DNA of 64,000 nt from Clostridia bacterium (GCA_045644665.1 JAZRHH010000045.1:22003-86002); one strand, 5' to 3'. Shown: positions 28,070-37,734, numbered from the stretch's first letter. Program-made: numbers and translations. The notes: a model not told the origin generated them from the sequence alone.

Positions 28070-28714
28070 ATGGGAATTTACGAAAAACAAGTCCCTGACG
28101 TTGTAATAAAAAGACTTCCGAGATACTATAGATATTTAAGTGAGCTGCTTAAGATGGATATAAAACGCATTTCCTCCGGAGCGCTCAGCCAGAAAATGAA
28201 CGTAACAGCTTCACAAATCAGGCAAGATTTTAATTTTTTCGGAGGCTTTGGACAGCAGGGTTATGGATATAATGTAGAATATCTTCACAGCACCATAGGA
28301 GATATCTTAGGCGTAAAAAAAGGTAATACTGCCATTATTATCGGTGCAGGTAATCTGGGCAAAGCCCTTGCAAACCACGACTCTATACAAAGACGTGGCT
28401 TTGACATACTTGCTATGTTTGATAATAGTCCATCAGTAATAGGCGAAGAGGTAAACGGCAAAGCCGTATATGACATAAAAAATCTTGAAAGCTTTATTTC
28501 TGAAAACAGAGTTGATGTGGCAATTATTGCAATACCAAAAGATCATGTGCAAGAGATTGCAACCCGTGTCATAAACGCAGGGGTACGTGGAATTTTAAAC
28601 TTTGCGTACACAGAAATAAAAACAAATAAGAAAGTGGCAATAGAAAACGTACATATCACAGATTCTCTTATGACATTATCTTACAAGCTAAATTTGGAAA
28701 GGACGGAATATTAA
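28070..28714 (+). CDS. rex: Redox-sensing transcriptional repressor Rex
   Basis: VIKRLPRYYRYL winged-helix start and Rossmann motif IIGAGNLG. ATG at 28070. Confidence 0.92.
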   Translation: MGIYEKQVPDVVIKRLPRYYRYLSELLKMDIKRISSGALSQKMNVTASQIRQDFNFFGGFGQQGYGYNVEYLHSTIGDILGVKKGNTAIIIGAGNLGKALANHDSIQRRGFDILAMFDNSPSVIGEEVNGKAVYDIKNLESFISENRVDVAIIAIPKDHVQEIATRVINAGVRGILNFAYTEIKTNKKVAIENVHITDSLMTLSYKLNLERTEY

Positions 28715-29728
28715 ATGAAGATTTTAGTAACAGGCGGAGCAGGATATATCGGCAGCCATACATGCGTTGAACTTTTGAACAGGGACTATGAAATTGTTGT
28801 ACTTGACAACCTTTCAAACTCATGTGAAAAATCCCTTGACGCAGTTAAAAAAATTACAGGAAAGGATTTTCCTTTCTACAAGGTTGATATGCTTGACATT
28901 GATGCAATGGAGCAGGCATTTATCGACCATAAATTTGATTCTGTAATCCACTTTGCAGGATTGAAGGCTGTTGGCGAGTCAACACAAATACCCATCACAT
29001 ACTATCATAACAACATAACAGGTACACTAAATCTTCTTATGCTTATGGAAAAGTATGATGTAAACAATATCGTTTTCTCAAGCTCTGCAACAGTTTACGG
29101 AACTCCAAAAACTGTGCCCATAAGAGAGGATTTTCCACGTTCAACCACAAACCCATACGGCTCAACAAAGCTGATGATAGAAGACATTTTAACAGACGTT
29201 ACAAAGGCAAATCCAAAGCTCTCTGTTTCACTTCTTCGTTATTTTAACCCAATTGGCGCACACGAAAGCGGAACAATGGGCGAGGACCCAAAGGGAATAC
29301 CAAACAACCTTCTTCCATATATTACACAGGTTGCAGTTGGCAAATTAAAGGAACTTTCTGTTTTCGGAAGCGACTATGACACAGTTGACGGCACAGGTGT
29401 GCGTGACTATATCCACGTTGTAGACCTTGCCTGCGGTCATGTAAAAACTGTTGAACATTGCACAGATAAGCCGGGAGTGCATATTTATAACCTTGGCACA
29501 GGCAACGGCTACTCTGTACTCCAGATAGTTGAAGCATTTAAACAGGCAAGCGGTGCAGATGTTCCATACAAAATTGTTGACCGCCGCCCGGGCGATATTG
29601 CAGAATGCTTTGCAGACCCTACAAAAGCAAAAGCAGAGCTTGGCTGGGAAGCACAGTATGGCATCGAAAGAATGTGCCAAGACTCTTGGAGATGGCAGAA
29701 GAATAATCCAAACGGTTATAACCAATAA
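28715..29728 (+). CDS. galE: UDP-glucose 4-epimerase
   Basis: 337 aa. [12 protein letters not shown]-binding motif and YGSTK catalytic motif. Confidence 0.92.
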   Translation: MKILVTGGAGYIGSHTCVELLNRDYEIVVLDNLSNSCEKSLDAVKKITGKDFPFYKVDMLDIDAMEQAFIDHKFDSVIHFAGLKAVGESTQIPITYYHNNITGTLNLLMLMEKYDVNNIVFSSSATVYGTPKTVPIREDFPRSTTNPYGSTKLMIEDILTDVTKANPKLSVSLLRYFNPIGAHESGTMGEDPKGIPNNLLPYITQVAVGKLKELSVFGSDYDTVDGTGVRDYIHVVDLACGHVKTVEHCTDKPGVHIYNLGTGNGYSVLQIVEAFKQASGADVPYKIVDRRPGDIAECFADPTKAKAELGWEAQYGIERMCQDSWRWQKNNPNGYNQ

Positions 29729-29733
29729 AAAAA

Positions 29734-29759
29734 TGGAGTGTTAAAACACTCCATTTTTT
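29734..29759. terminator. Bidirectional intrinsic terminator
   Basis: TGGAGTG-TTAAAA-CACTCCA flanked by A- and T-runs. Confidence 0.8.
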
Positions 29760-30066
29760 AATTGCTAAGCGCCATTTTCAGCCACCAACTGCCAATGTCC
29801 AGGGCAGTGTAAATGTCCTCTTTTTCTGATTCACGGAAAACCTGTGCATTTTCAAGGTCTCCTGTGTTTGAAATAACCTTTATTTTTACCTTTGACGCAC
29901 ACTGTATATCCTTTACAGGTTTTGTCTCTGTTATGTCAAGCTGTAAAATATATCTCTCACTTGGGTCACCGTAATAAAGAGTGTTTCCCGAACGAAAGAG
30001 CGGCTTTTCTCTGAAAGTAAGCTGTTTCTTTTTCTTTGTTTGCATTTCTTTCTCTCCTTCCGCCAA
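29758..30066 (-). CDS. Hypothetical protein
   Basis: 102-aa ORF (possibly starting at Met8). No recognisable motif. Confidence 0.45.
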   Translation of the reverse strand: MAEGEKEMQTKKKKQLTFREKPLFRSGNTLYYGDPSERYILQLDITETKPVKDIQCASKVKIKVISNTGDLENAQVFRESEKEDIYTALDIGSWWLKMALSN

Positions 30067-30195
30067 AATTTGTATCTGTATTATTATACCACCTGTGGAC
30101 GCTCTATGTCAAGGATTTTTTATAAACTACTTGAAATCTCAAAAATAAAATGGTATAATTATGTAAAATAATTCTTTTGAAAGGAATGAATATTT

Positions 30196-30735
30196 ATGGC
30201 AAACAAATACGCAGGAACAGAGACAGAAAAAAATCTTGAAGCGGCTTTCGCAGGAGAGTCACAGGCAAGAAACAAGTATACATACTTTGCTCCAAAGGCA
30301 AAGAAAGAGGGTTTTGAGCAAATAGCTGCACTTTTCCTTAAAACCGCTGATAACGAAAAGGAACACGCAAAAATGTGGTTTAAAGAGCTTGAAGGCATTG
30401 GCAATACCGCAGAAAACCTTGTAGAAGCCGCAAACGGTGAAAACTATGAATGGACAGACATGTACGCCGGCTTTGCTGAAACAGCAGAAAAGGAAGGCTT
30501 TACAGAACTTGCTCAAAAGTTCCGCCTTGTAGCAGCAATCGAAAAAAGCCACGAAGAGCGCTATCGTGCACTTTTAAAGAATATAGAAACAGCTGAAGTT
30601 TTTGAAAAGAGCGAAGTAAAGGTATGGGAGTGCAGAAACTGCGGACATCTCGTAGTTGGCACAAAGGCACCGGAGTTGTGTCCTACCTGCGCACACCCTC
30701 AAAGCTATTTTGAAATTCATGTAGAAAATTATTAA
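30196..30735 (+). CDS. rbr: Rubrerythrin (diiron domain plus C-terminal rubredoxin)
   Basis: 179 aa. ExxH diiron ligands and C-terminal CRNCGH...CPTCAHP. Confidence 0.92.
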   Translation: MANKYAGTETEKNLEAAFAGESQARNKYTYFAPKAKKEGFEQIAALFLKTADNEKEHAKMWFKELEGIGNTAENLVEAANGENYEWTDMYAGFAETAEKEGFTELAQKFRLVAAIEKSHEERYRALLKNIETAEVFEKSEVKVWECRNCGHLVVGTKAPELCPTCAHPQSYFEIHVENY

Positions 30736-30741
30736 TATATA

Positions 30742-30769
30742 AAGAGGTCTGCAAAAGCAGACCTCTTTT
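30742..30769. terminator. Bidirectional intrinsic terminator
   Basis: AGAGGTCTGC-AAAA-GCAGACCTCT followed by TTTT. Confidence 0.85.
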
Positions 30770-31205
30770 ATATTACAGAGATTATTTTCTTCTTTTTCCT
30801 TTGCGCATACTCCAAGGTTGTTGCAGCACCGCTCCATGAAAATACTACATAAGAAATAACAACATCAGCCTTATTAACCATATATTCGTTGCGCTTGGAA
30901 ATCGCAAACTTAAGGGGAGTTTTTTCAATCGGCGGATATTCTGTAAAGTCGTATAGTGACGTTTCATATTCTCTGTTTAAATAAGGAATTACAAGTATAG
31001 ATTTTATATGGGGATATTTTGTTTTAAGTTCTTTAACCACATGTGCACTGATAATGTCAAAGCTTCCATATCCACCCAGTAAAAATTCCTCTGCACCATC
31101 TTTTATCGCTTTTTCAATTTCAACATGTAAATTTTTTATTATAGTCTCCCTGTGATCAGGGTCAATACTTCCATGACCGCAAAAAGTAACTGTTTTCATA
31201 ATCAT
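30768..31205 (-). CDS. SLOG-superfamily protein (DUF1273, YpsA/YoqJ-like)
   Basis: 145 aa. FCGHG start, LLGGYGSFD glycine motif and PHIKSILVIPY, as in DUF1273 proteins. Confidence 0.6.
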   Translation of the reverse strand: MIMKTVTFCGHGSIDPDHRETIIKNLHVEIEKAIKDGAEEFLLGGYGSFDIISAHVVKELKTKYPHIKSILVIPYLNREYETSLYDFTEYPPIEKTPLKFAISKRNEYMVNKADVVISYVVFSWSGAATTLEYAQRKKKKIISVI

Positions 31206-31217
31206 ACCCCTAAAATC

Positions 31218-31257
31218 AAAAAAGTGCGTAGCCTACCCGAAAGCAGAGCCACGCACT
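31218..31257 (-). terminator. Intrinsic terminator located only 12 nt upstream of the SLOG gene start (leader attenuator)
   Basis: The minus strand has a 10-bp stem AGTGCGTGGC / GCTACGCACT followed by TTTTTT, then the RBS AGGGG and the ATG. A near copy of the 5' arm (AGTGTGTAGC, plus-strand 31288-31297) lies upstream. Confidence 0.6.
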
Positions 31258-31431
31258 AAAAAACGCAGGGACTCTGTTTCAAAGGTTGCTACACACTTTT
31301 TAATCAAGCTTACTTTATATTTACACAAAGGGCATGACGAAACAAGAGTGTACGCTTTTTACAAAATTAGCGTACCCCTTTGTGTAAATAAATATTAAAA
31401 TATAAAGTAATTAAAAAGTTGTAGCATATTT

Positions 31432-31460
31432 ATTATAGCACAATAAGTTTAAATTATCAA
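31432..31460 (-). promoter_or_regulatory. Near-consensus sigma-A promoter (extended -10) for the SLOG-gene leader
   Basis: Minus strand TTGATA (31460-31455), 17-nt spacer, TGCTATAAT (-10 at 31437-31432). Confidence 0.55.
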
Positions 31461-31489
31461 TACTTTAGAACAATTTAATTTATGACAAA

Positions 31490-31822
31490 AAAGGACCGTA
31501 CCCTTTTGTCCCCAGATTGAATAATCCCAAAGACAAAGTAATTTTCTGTGCCGAAGTCTTGGACTTTCAAAAATTTTCTTCCGACTGCAATGCCTTTCAA
31601 ACAATCATACTTCCGCTTCATTTGAAAGGCAAGGATGCTCGCCGAGGCTATGTGCCGAGTGGCTTAGCGTCCGGTTGCACAAAGGAATAAAATTTTTGGA
31701 AGATTGGCAGATGCTATAAAACATCCAATAAGACTTTATTTACAAGCTCCATGCAATGGTCGTTTGGGGGTCCGGGGAATCGAAAGCCCCGGAACTTTTG
31801 GTTCTTTTGGTTACAAAAGAAC
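31490..31822 (-). ncRNA. Candidate structured RNA of unknown class (about 330 nt); strand and ends uncertain
   Basis: ORF-free. Helices: 31570-31582/31684-31696 (12 of 13 bp), 31593-31601/31621-31629 (9 bp), CCGGGG/CCCCGG at 31772-31792, and the hairpin 31801-31822. Promoter-like TTGATA-17-TATTAT at 31851-31823 on the minus strand. A weak AAAAGG/CCTTTT hairpin with a T-run near 31490. Confidence 0.3.
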
Positions 31823-31889
31823 ATAATAAATAAAGTTATATGTTTTATCAAGGATTATTGGAAAAATTATAATTCTTATAAATTACAAT

Positions 31890-34187
31890 TTAAATAACCT
31901 TTTTTAATTTAATTGCCGCAACTGTCATATCATCTTTAACCCTTTTTACTCCCTTAAGCTTTGCGCTTTCAATAACAGCCGAGGCAACATCGTCCATTGT
32001 CTTTTCATCATCAGAAATTATTTTTTTCATACGCTCACCGGACAAAAATCCAAATCCCGTCCCCTCCGCACCGTCAGACAGCATAACCACAACATCGCCC
32101 TCCTCCAGCTGTTTGCTTATACATGAAATATGTACCTGGGGAAGTATTCCAACAGGGAGGGAGGGAGAAAATATTGTTTCTACGGTCTTTCCATGCTTTA
32201 TAAAGCTTCTGCAGCCACCTATTTTATAAAAATCTGCAGTACCTGTCATAAGATTTACAAAAAGCATGTCCACGGAGCTAAAGCTTTCTTTTTCAACTCC
32301 CAACGCCAATGAAGAGTTAACAAGCTCTATAGCACACCTTGGAGAAAACCCGTCCCGCAGCAGCTCCTCAAGGAGTCTTACAGTTATTCTGCTTTCGTGT
32401 CCCGCCTCGCTTCCGCTGCCCATACCGTCACAAAGTATTACGCAGTACTTATCTCTGCCAACTCTAAAACTTGTAAGGCTGTCACCTGATATTGCTCTGT
32501 TATCCTTTGCAATACCGCTCATGCCAAATTCCACATCATACTCGCAGGCAGGACAAAACCTCATTAATCCACCGTTTATATTGTTTCTGTACTCCATTTT
32601 TATACCAAGTGCCGCCGAAATACGCTCTCCTATATACTCTCTGTCGTAATTTCTGTTAAGCCCAATAAAAACCTCTGTTTCCTCCATAGCATTTTCAAAA
32701 ACACGAATATCCCTTACAGATATTCCGCAGCGAAGAAGCTCTGAGGAAATTTTCTCTTCCTCCTGTGTCAATACCTGAAATCCCGTTGTTATTTCATCAT
32801 GAAATTCTGCAAGGATATCGGATATTTCCTCATACTGACGAAGCAAAAGGTCACGGTTGTTCACAAAATCTCCTATCTTAACTGCCTCTCTTTTAAAAAT
32901 CTCATAAACATGAGCAAATTCCGATAAAAAAGCTTCACTCTTTTGGCAAAGAGCCATAAACTCTCTTGGCGCATTGGAGGTATTACAAAATCCGTTGTTT
33001 TCTATTATTTCAAGGATATTAAACATTATCCTGTAAGTGTTGGCACCTCCGTTTTCCATACACCTGTCATGGTTAGGACAAGAATAACACACCCTGTCAA
33101 CAGTTTTATCAATGACTGTACAAATATCCTTATTATATAAATTTAATTTTTTTTGCGTAGCACCCCTGTAAACACTTGCAAGTCTTGAAAAAGCATGACT
33201 TGCACCTGCAAGTCTTTCCGTAAGATATTCCCTCACTTTAATTTCAGGATTTGTAATGCTTGATTTAGATGTCTTTTTTATAAACACACCTACAGATTTA
33301 TGTATTTTGTTGGGAGTTATAATAAACAAAACCGCCGCTGCAACAATTTCAAAAGCAGATACCGCCACACTGTTTCCAACAAAAATTGTCATTGCGGCGC
33401 AACCACCTAAAAACCCAATTGCAACGCCGTATTTACCAAACTCCCTCAAAAGATTTGCAAACATAGAAGAAATTCCATAAAATCCCATAAGGGTTACAGC
33501 GTGTGGACTGTTCATGCTACATATAAGTCCTGCCGCAACGCCGCAGCTTCCGGCAACTGAAAGGGACATATGCATAGAAAGAGAGAGTATTGCATAAGCT
33601 GTAATTATTTTGGAAAGCTCAAAGCCAGGCGGAATAACCACCCCTCCAAGACCTGAAATAAATACACCTACGCACACAGCCGCGGAAATGTATTCCTGCT
33701 CCCTTGGAGCAGCGCTTGAGTATCGTAAAAGTACGGTAGACTTTTCAAATAGTATGTAAAAGAAAGAGCATACAAGGCTTTCTATTAATAGGATAACTAT
33801 ATTGTAAACGTTAAACCCGGAATATGCCATAACCACACATCCGCTAAGAAAAAGAAGCAAACCACTCACTGCGGAGGATAAAAATGCATTTTCCTTATAA
33901 TCAGTTTTTAGTCTGGTATAAAGCCAAAAAAGAAGCATTGTACTTATATACCTTACACTTTCTTCTGCTGCGCCCACGGACAAAAACCCAAAAAGCGACA
34001 CCGCCACACCCAAAAACCCTGTTTTAAGGTCAAATACCGAGGCAAACATAGCAGTTGCAAAAGGACTAATTCCCATAAGGGAACATCGGGCTGCAAGAAA
34101 TAAAAGACTTGCTGGAACTGCGTCTGAAAGAGTTGGCATTCTAATAAATTTCGTTACTGTAGCTTGTGTTTTCTGTAGCTTTGGCAT
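31890..34187 (-). CDS. spoIIE: Stage II sporulation protein E (PP2C phosphatase with N-terminal polytopic membrane domain)
   Basis: 765 aa. About 10 TM helices and a C-terminal PP2C domain (ILCDGMGSG ... VVMLSDG). Confidence 0.9.
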   Translation of the reverse strand: MPKLQKTQATVTKFIRMPTLSDAVPASLLFLAARCSLMGISPFATAMFASVFDLKTGFLGVAVSLFGFLSVGAAEESVRYISTMLLFWLYTRLKTDYKENAFLSSAVSGLLLFLSGCVVMAYSGFNVYNIVILLIESLVCSFFYILFEKSTVLLRYSSAAPREQEYISAAVCVGVFISGLGGVVIPPGFELSKIITAYAILSLSMHMSLSVAGSCGVAAGLICSMNSPHAVTLMGFYGISSMFANLLREFGKYGVAIGFLGGCAAMTIFVGNSVAVSAFEIVAAAVLFIITPNKIHKSVGVFIKKTSKSSITNPEIKVREYLTERLAGASHAFSRLASVYRGATQKKLNLYNKDICTVIDKTVDRVCYSCPNHDRCMENGGANTYRIMFNILEIIENNGFCNTSNAPREFMALCQKSEAFLSEFAHVYEIFKREAVKIGDFVNNRDLLLRQYEEISDILAEFHDEITTGFQVLTQEEEKISSELLRCGISVRDIRVFENAMEETEVFIGLNRNYDREYIGERISAALGIKMEYRNNINGGLMRFCPACEYDVEFGMSGIAKDNRAISGDSLTSFRVGRDKYCVILCDGMGSGSEAGHESRITVRLLEELLRDGFSPRCAIELVNSSLALGVEKESFSSVDMLFVNLMTGTADFYKIGGCRSFIKHGKTVETIFSPSLPVGILPQVHISCISKQLEEGDVVVMLSDGAEGTGFGFLSGERMKKIISDDEKTMDDVASAVIESAKLKGVKRVKDDMTVAAIKLKKVI

Positions 34188-34252
34188 GACTTAATTTCTT
34201 TCCTTTCCGGTACATTATTATGTCTATTGTACCATATAAGAGAGAAATAACT

Positions 34253-34301
34253 TGTCGGAGTGTGTTGTCGAAATATAAAAAAGATATATTATAAATCGAC
34301 A
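34253..34301. promoter_or_regulatory. Cluster of three Spo0A-box-like heptamers upstream of spoIIE
   Basis: TGTCGGA (34253), TGTCGAA (34266, perfect) and the inverted ATCGACA (34295), 65-115 bp upstream of the spoIIE start. Confidence 0.5.
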
Positions 34302-34302
34302 C

Positions 34303-34336
34303 AAAAAAAGAAATCCGCAATTATTGCGGATTTCCT
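34303..34336 (-). terminator. Intrinsic terminator of the PEP carboxykinase gene
   Basis: The minus strand reads GGAAATCCGCAATAATTGCGGATTTC followed by TTTTTTT. Confidence 0.85.
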
Positions 34337-34340
34337 TTTA

Positions 34341-36128
34341 TTATTTCTTCAAGTTAGCTTCAAGAGTATTAAGCTCATCTTCCATTTCCTTAGGAAGAAG
34401 TTCGCCAAACTGTGCAAAGTACTTTCTGATACCTGTTTCAGGATCTTCAATATCCTTAATCCATTCAGCGTTATCAATTGTAAGAATATTCTTAAGCTGC
34501 TCTCTTGTCATATCAAGGTCTGTTATGTCAATATCGTCAAGCTTTGGAATATAACCAATTGCACACTCGTCAGCGTCAACCTTACCTGCACATCTGTCAA
34601 GAATCCAGAGAAGTACACGCATATTGTCGCCAAATCCTGGCCAGAGGAAGTTACCCTCGTCATCTTTTCTGAACCAGTTAACATGGAATATCTTTGGAGC
34701 GTTTTCGCCAAGCTTCTTACCCATGTCAAGCCAGTGCTTCCAGTATGTTGCCATGTTGTAACCAACAAATGGCTTCATTGCCATTGGGTCACGTCTTACA
34801 ACACCAACTGCACCTGCAGCTGCTGCTGTTGTTTCAGAAGCCATGATAGCACCAACAAATGTTCCGTGCTGCCAGTCTCTTGACTGATATACAAGTGGAG
34901 CACACTTAGCACGTCTGCCGCCAAATACGATTGCAGATACAGGCACGCCTGCAGGATTTTCAAAATCCTTAGAAATGCATGGGCAGTTAATTGCCGGAGC
35001 TGTAAATCTTGAGTTTGGATGAGCAAGTGGGTTACCTGCAGCCACATATTCAGGGCCGTTAACCTTTGCACCCTTCCACTCTGTTGCATCAACAGGAGGA
35101 TTCTTGTCAAGACCTTCCCACCAAACAGTAAGGTCCTCGTTGTTAAGACCAACGTTTGTGAAAATTGTATCCTTCTTTGTTGATTCAAGAGCATTAAAGT
35201 TTGTCTTTACAGATGTTCCCGGTGCAACACCAAAGAAACCTGCTTCAGGGTTGATAGCATAAAGCTTGCCATCAGGACCAATCTTGAGCCATGCAATATC
35301 ATCGCCCACTGTCCATACCTTGTAACCCTTCTTCTGAAGATATTCAGGTGGGATAAGCATTGCAAGGTTTGTCTTACCGCATGCTGATGGGAATGCAGCA
35401 CAGATATATTTAACTTCGCCTTCAGGATTTTCAAGACCGAGGATAAGCATATGCTCAGCCATCCAACCCTCTTTCATACCAAGGTATGAAGCAATACGAA
35501 GTGCAAAACACTTTTTACCAAGTAAAACGTTTCCGCCGTAGCCTGAGTTAATTGACCAGATTGTTGCGTCCTCTGGGAACTGAACAATGTATCTTTCTTC
35601 AGGGTCAACGTCCTTTTTAGCATGAAGACACTTAACAAATTCAGGGCTGTCACCAAGTTCTTTTACAACAGCGCTTCCAACTCTTGTCATGATAATCATG
35701 TTAAGAACAACGTAAATGCTGTCTGTAAGCTCAATACCGATTTTTGAGAATGGTGAACCAACAGGACCCATTGAATAAGGAACAACGTACATTGTTCTGC
35801 CCTTCATTGAATCCTTATAAAGAGCCTTAAGCTTTGCATACATTTCGTCAGGATCCATCCAGTTGTTTATAGGACCTGCCTCTTCCTTTGTCTTAGTACA
35901 GATAAATGTTCTGTCCTCAACTCTTGCAACGTCATTTACAGCTGTTTTGTGGTAGTAGCAACCTGGAAGCTTTTCCTGGTTAAGCTTTATAATTTCACCT
36001 GTTTCAACAGCTTCTGCGCGAAGTGCGTCTCTTTGTTCGTCACTTCCGTCAATCCAGACAATTTTGTCCGGGGCACACATAGCAGCCATTTCGTCAATCC
36101 ATGAAAGGACTGTTTTGTTTGTTGTCAT
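34341..36128 (-). CDS. pckG: Phosphoenolpyruvate carboxykinase (GTP)
   Basis: 595 aa. Kinase-1a motif FPSACGKTN, and GDDIAW and WEG blocks typical of GTP-dependent PEPCK. Confidence 0.92.
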   Translation of the reverse strand: MTTNKTVLSWIDEMAAMCAPDKIVWIDGSDEQRDALRAEAVETGEIIKLNQEKLPGCYYHKTAVNDVARVEDRTFICTKTKEEAGPINNWMDPDEMYAKLKALYKDSMKGRTMYVVPYSMGPVGSPFSKIGIELTDSIYVVLNMIIMTRVGSAVVKELGDSPEFVKCLHAKKDVDPEERYIVQFPEDATIWSINSGYGGNVLLGKKCFALRIASYLGMKEGWMAEHMLILGLENPEGEVKYICAAFPSACGKTNLAMLIPPEYLQKKGYKVWTVGDDIAWLKIGPDGKLYAINPEAGFFGVAPGTSVKTNFNALESTKKDTIFTNVGLNNEDLTVWWEGLDKNPPVDATEWKGAKVNGPEYVAAGNPLAHPNSRFTAPAINCPCISKDFENPAGVPVSAIVFGGRRAKCAPLVYQSRDWQHGTFVGAIMASETTAAAAGAVGVVRRDPMAMKPFVGYNMATYWKHWLDMGKKLGENAPKIFHVNWFRKDDEGNFLWPGFGDNMRVLLWILDRCAGKVDADECAIGYIPKLDDIDITDLDMTREQLKNILTIDNAEWIKDIEDPETGIRKYFAQFGELLPKEMEDELNTLEANLKK

Positions 36129-36323
36129 AATAAATACCTCCTGACACTTTGTAAAACTTATAAAATCGGAAAATTTCCGTTTTATCCCTTAAAATTTATT
36201 ATACCATTAAATAGCATTTTTTAAAAGTACTTTTCCTAAAATTTTTCAAATTTATATAGAACAATATATTTGTTAAAAAAAAGACGAACTTTTATAACAG
36301 TTTTGCACAATAATTGTTTAATT

Positions 36324-37058
36324 TTATTTATAGTACAAATTTCTAAGTTTTTTAAGAATTGATTTTTCAAATCTCGAAACCTGCATTTGGGATATTTCCC
36401 AAAGCTCCGATATTTCCCTCTGAGTTTTTTCTTCGTAAAAACGTTTGTTTATAAACTCCTGCTCACGTTCATTTAAAGAGTTCATACAAAAGTTTAAAAA
36501 GTCAGAGTTTTCAATAAGCAAAAAATTCTTATCATCAAATCCAAGAGTGTCACCGTACATGGAATTACCCTCCCTGTACGCCTCCTGCTCAAGGGACTGA
36601 ATAAACGCCACATCACCTACAGCATAGGCTTCTGCAAGGTCCTTTTCTGATAAATTTAATATCTTTGCAATTTCTGCCCTTGAAAACTTTTCCGGCTCCA
36701 TACTAAGCCGCAGCTTCTCTGCACGGACAAAAATTTCATAGAGCTTTCTTGGAATTTTTATAAAGCAGCCTTTGTCACGGAAATATTTTTTTATCTCACC
36801 CGTAACAGTTGGCGTTGCAAATGAGGCAAATTTTATACCCTTATCATGTTCGTACCTGTCAACTGCCAACACAAGTCCAAGACACGCTACCTGAAATATA
36901 TCATCATAGTCAATACCGCGGTTTGCAAACCTTTTTGAAAGGATTTCCGCAATATACATATACTTTGCAATTATTTTATCCTTCAGCTTCTTGTCCTTTG
37001 TTTCTTTGTAAGCCCGAAAAATCTCTTCTTCGTTAAATTCCTTGTCCGTATAGGGCAT
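36324..37058 (-). CDS. Group-3 sigma-70 family sigma factor (SigB/SigF/SigG-like), orphan
   Basis: Region 2 (DDIFQVACLGLVLAVDRYE ... FATPTVTGEIKKYFRD) and region 4 HTH (TQREISELWEISQMQVSRFE). Start placed at Met12, 8 nt after the upstream stop. Confidence 0.8.
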   Translation of the reverse strand: MPYTDKEFNEEEIFRAYKETKDKKLKDKIIAKYMYIAEILSKRFANRGIDYDDIFQVACLGLVLAVDRYEHDKGIKFASFATPTVTGEIKKYFRDKGCFIKIPRKLYEIFVRAEKLRLSMEPEKFSRAEIAKILNLSEKDLAEAYAVGDVAFIQSLEQEAYREGNSMYGDTLGFDDKNFLLIENSDFLNFCMNSLNEREQEFINKRFYEEKTQREISELWEISQMQVSRFEKSILKKLRNLYYK

Positions 37059-37065
37059 TTTTGTT

Positions 37066-37734
37066 TCACTCTCCAACAATAAATTCTGCAATTTTTAAAG
37101 AGTTTTCATATATTTTTGTTTTGTTCTCGTCCTTTTTATCTCTTTCATAAAGGCTTCGTACAGCCAGATACAAATCGGAGCAATCAATACCTGCTTTAGT
37201 CAGCTTTTCATTACCTGCAAGGGAAATTGCACAGGCTCTCCCGTTTTCATCTGTATATACGTTTTCTGCGCCCTCTGCATAAAGGGACACATCAGCCATA
37301 CCATCTGTTAACCCGTAATAGCCTTCAAGGTTTCCTTTTGTTATAAAATATAAATAACAGTCACCTGCCTCAAGCTCTGCCATAAACTTCATAGTCATGG
37401 CGGAAACCATCTCTGCATTTGCAGGGTCCTGCTCAGCTGACGCATCAAAGGAATATGTGTCAAAGGAAATATCAATTTTGTCGTTTTCTGTTATTTCTTC
37501 TGTTACAGGAACCAAAAGCTCTTCAAAATACTCCCTTGAAATATCAAAAAAAGGTGATGTGCCAACATATGACACATACATATCATACCTTGTTCTTGTA
37601 ACATTTGAATAAATAAGTGACGAAATCATAAAAATCACAAACAAAGTTATTATTGTATGCAACTTGTAATACTCCCAAAAATATTCCCACCATGCTTTTG
37701 TAAATTTCTTTGGTATTGTACCATATTTCTCCAT
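37066..37734 (-). CDS. Single-pass membrane protein of unknown function, co-oriented immediately upstream of the sigma factor gene
   Basis: 222 aa from the ATG at 37734 (GAGGGG RBS). One TM helix (TIITLFVIFMISSLIY). Confidence 0.55.
   Translation of the reverse strand: MEKYGTIPKKFTKAWWEYFWEYYKLHTIITLFVIFMISSLIYSNVTRTRYDMYVSYVGTSPFFDISREYFEELLVPVTEEITENDKIDISFDTYSFDASAEQDPANAEMVSAMTMKFMAELEAGDCYLYFITKGNLEGYYGLTDGMADVSLYAEGAENVYTDENGRACAISLAGNEKLTKAGIDCSDLYLAVRSLYERDKKDENKTKIYENSLKIAEFIVGE

Noticed and set aside
31801-31822. The hairpin GTTCTTTTGG/TTACAAAAGAAC as the spoIIE intrinsic terminator.
   Set aside because: No U-tract follows it on the minus strand, and it overlaps the putative start of the downstream candidate RNA. 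Its role is left undecided.
31460-31830. Considered tmRNA, RNase P RNA, SRP/4.5S RNA, 6S RNA, a cobalamin riboswitch or a c-di-AMP riboswitch.
   Set aside because: GAAAGTCC...ACAGAAAA and the CCGGGG-N9-CCCCGG T-arm-like hairpin are superficially suggestive. However, the P4/GGUAAG blocks of RNase P are absent, as are the GGAAGCAGC helix-8 motif of SRP, a 7-nt T-loop with acceptor stem and tag ORF for tmRNA, and the B12 box. The spacing between the RNase P-like words is far too short.
34260-34883. 207-aa plus-strand ORF (and several 60-130-aa ORFs at 34.5-35.7 kb).
   Set aside because: It is antisense to or out of frame with the GTP-PEPCK gene, and it spans that gene's terminator.
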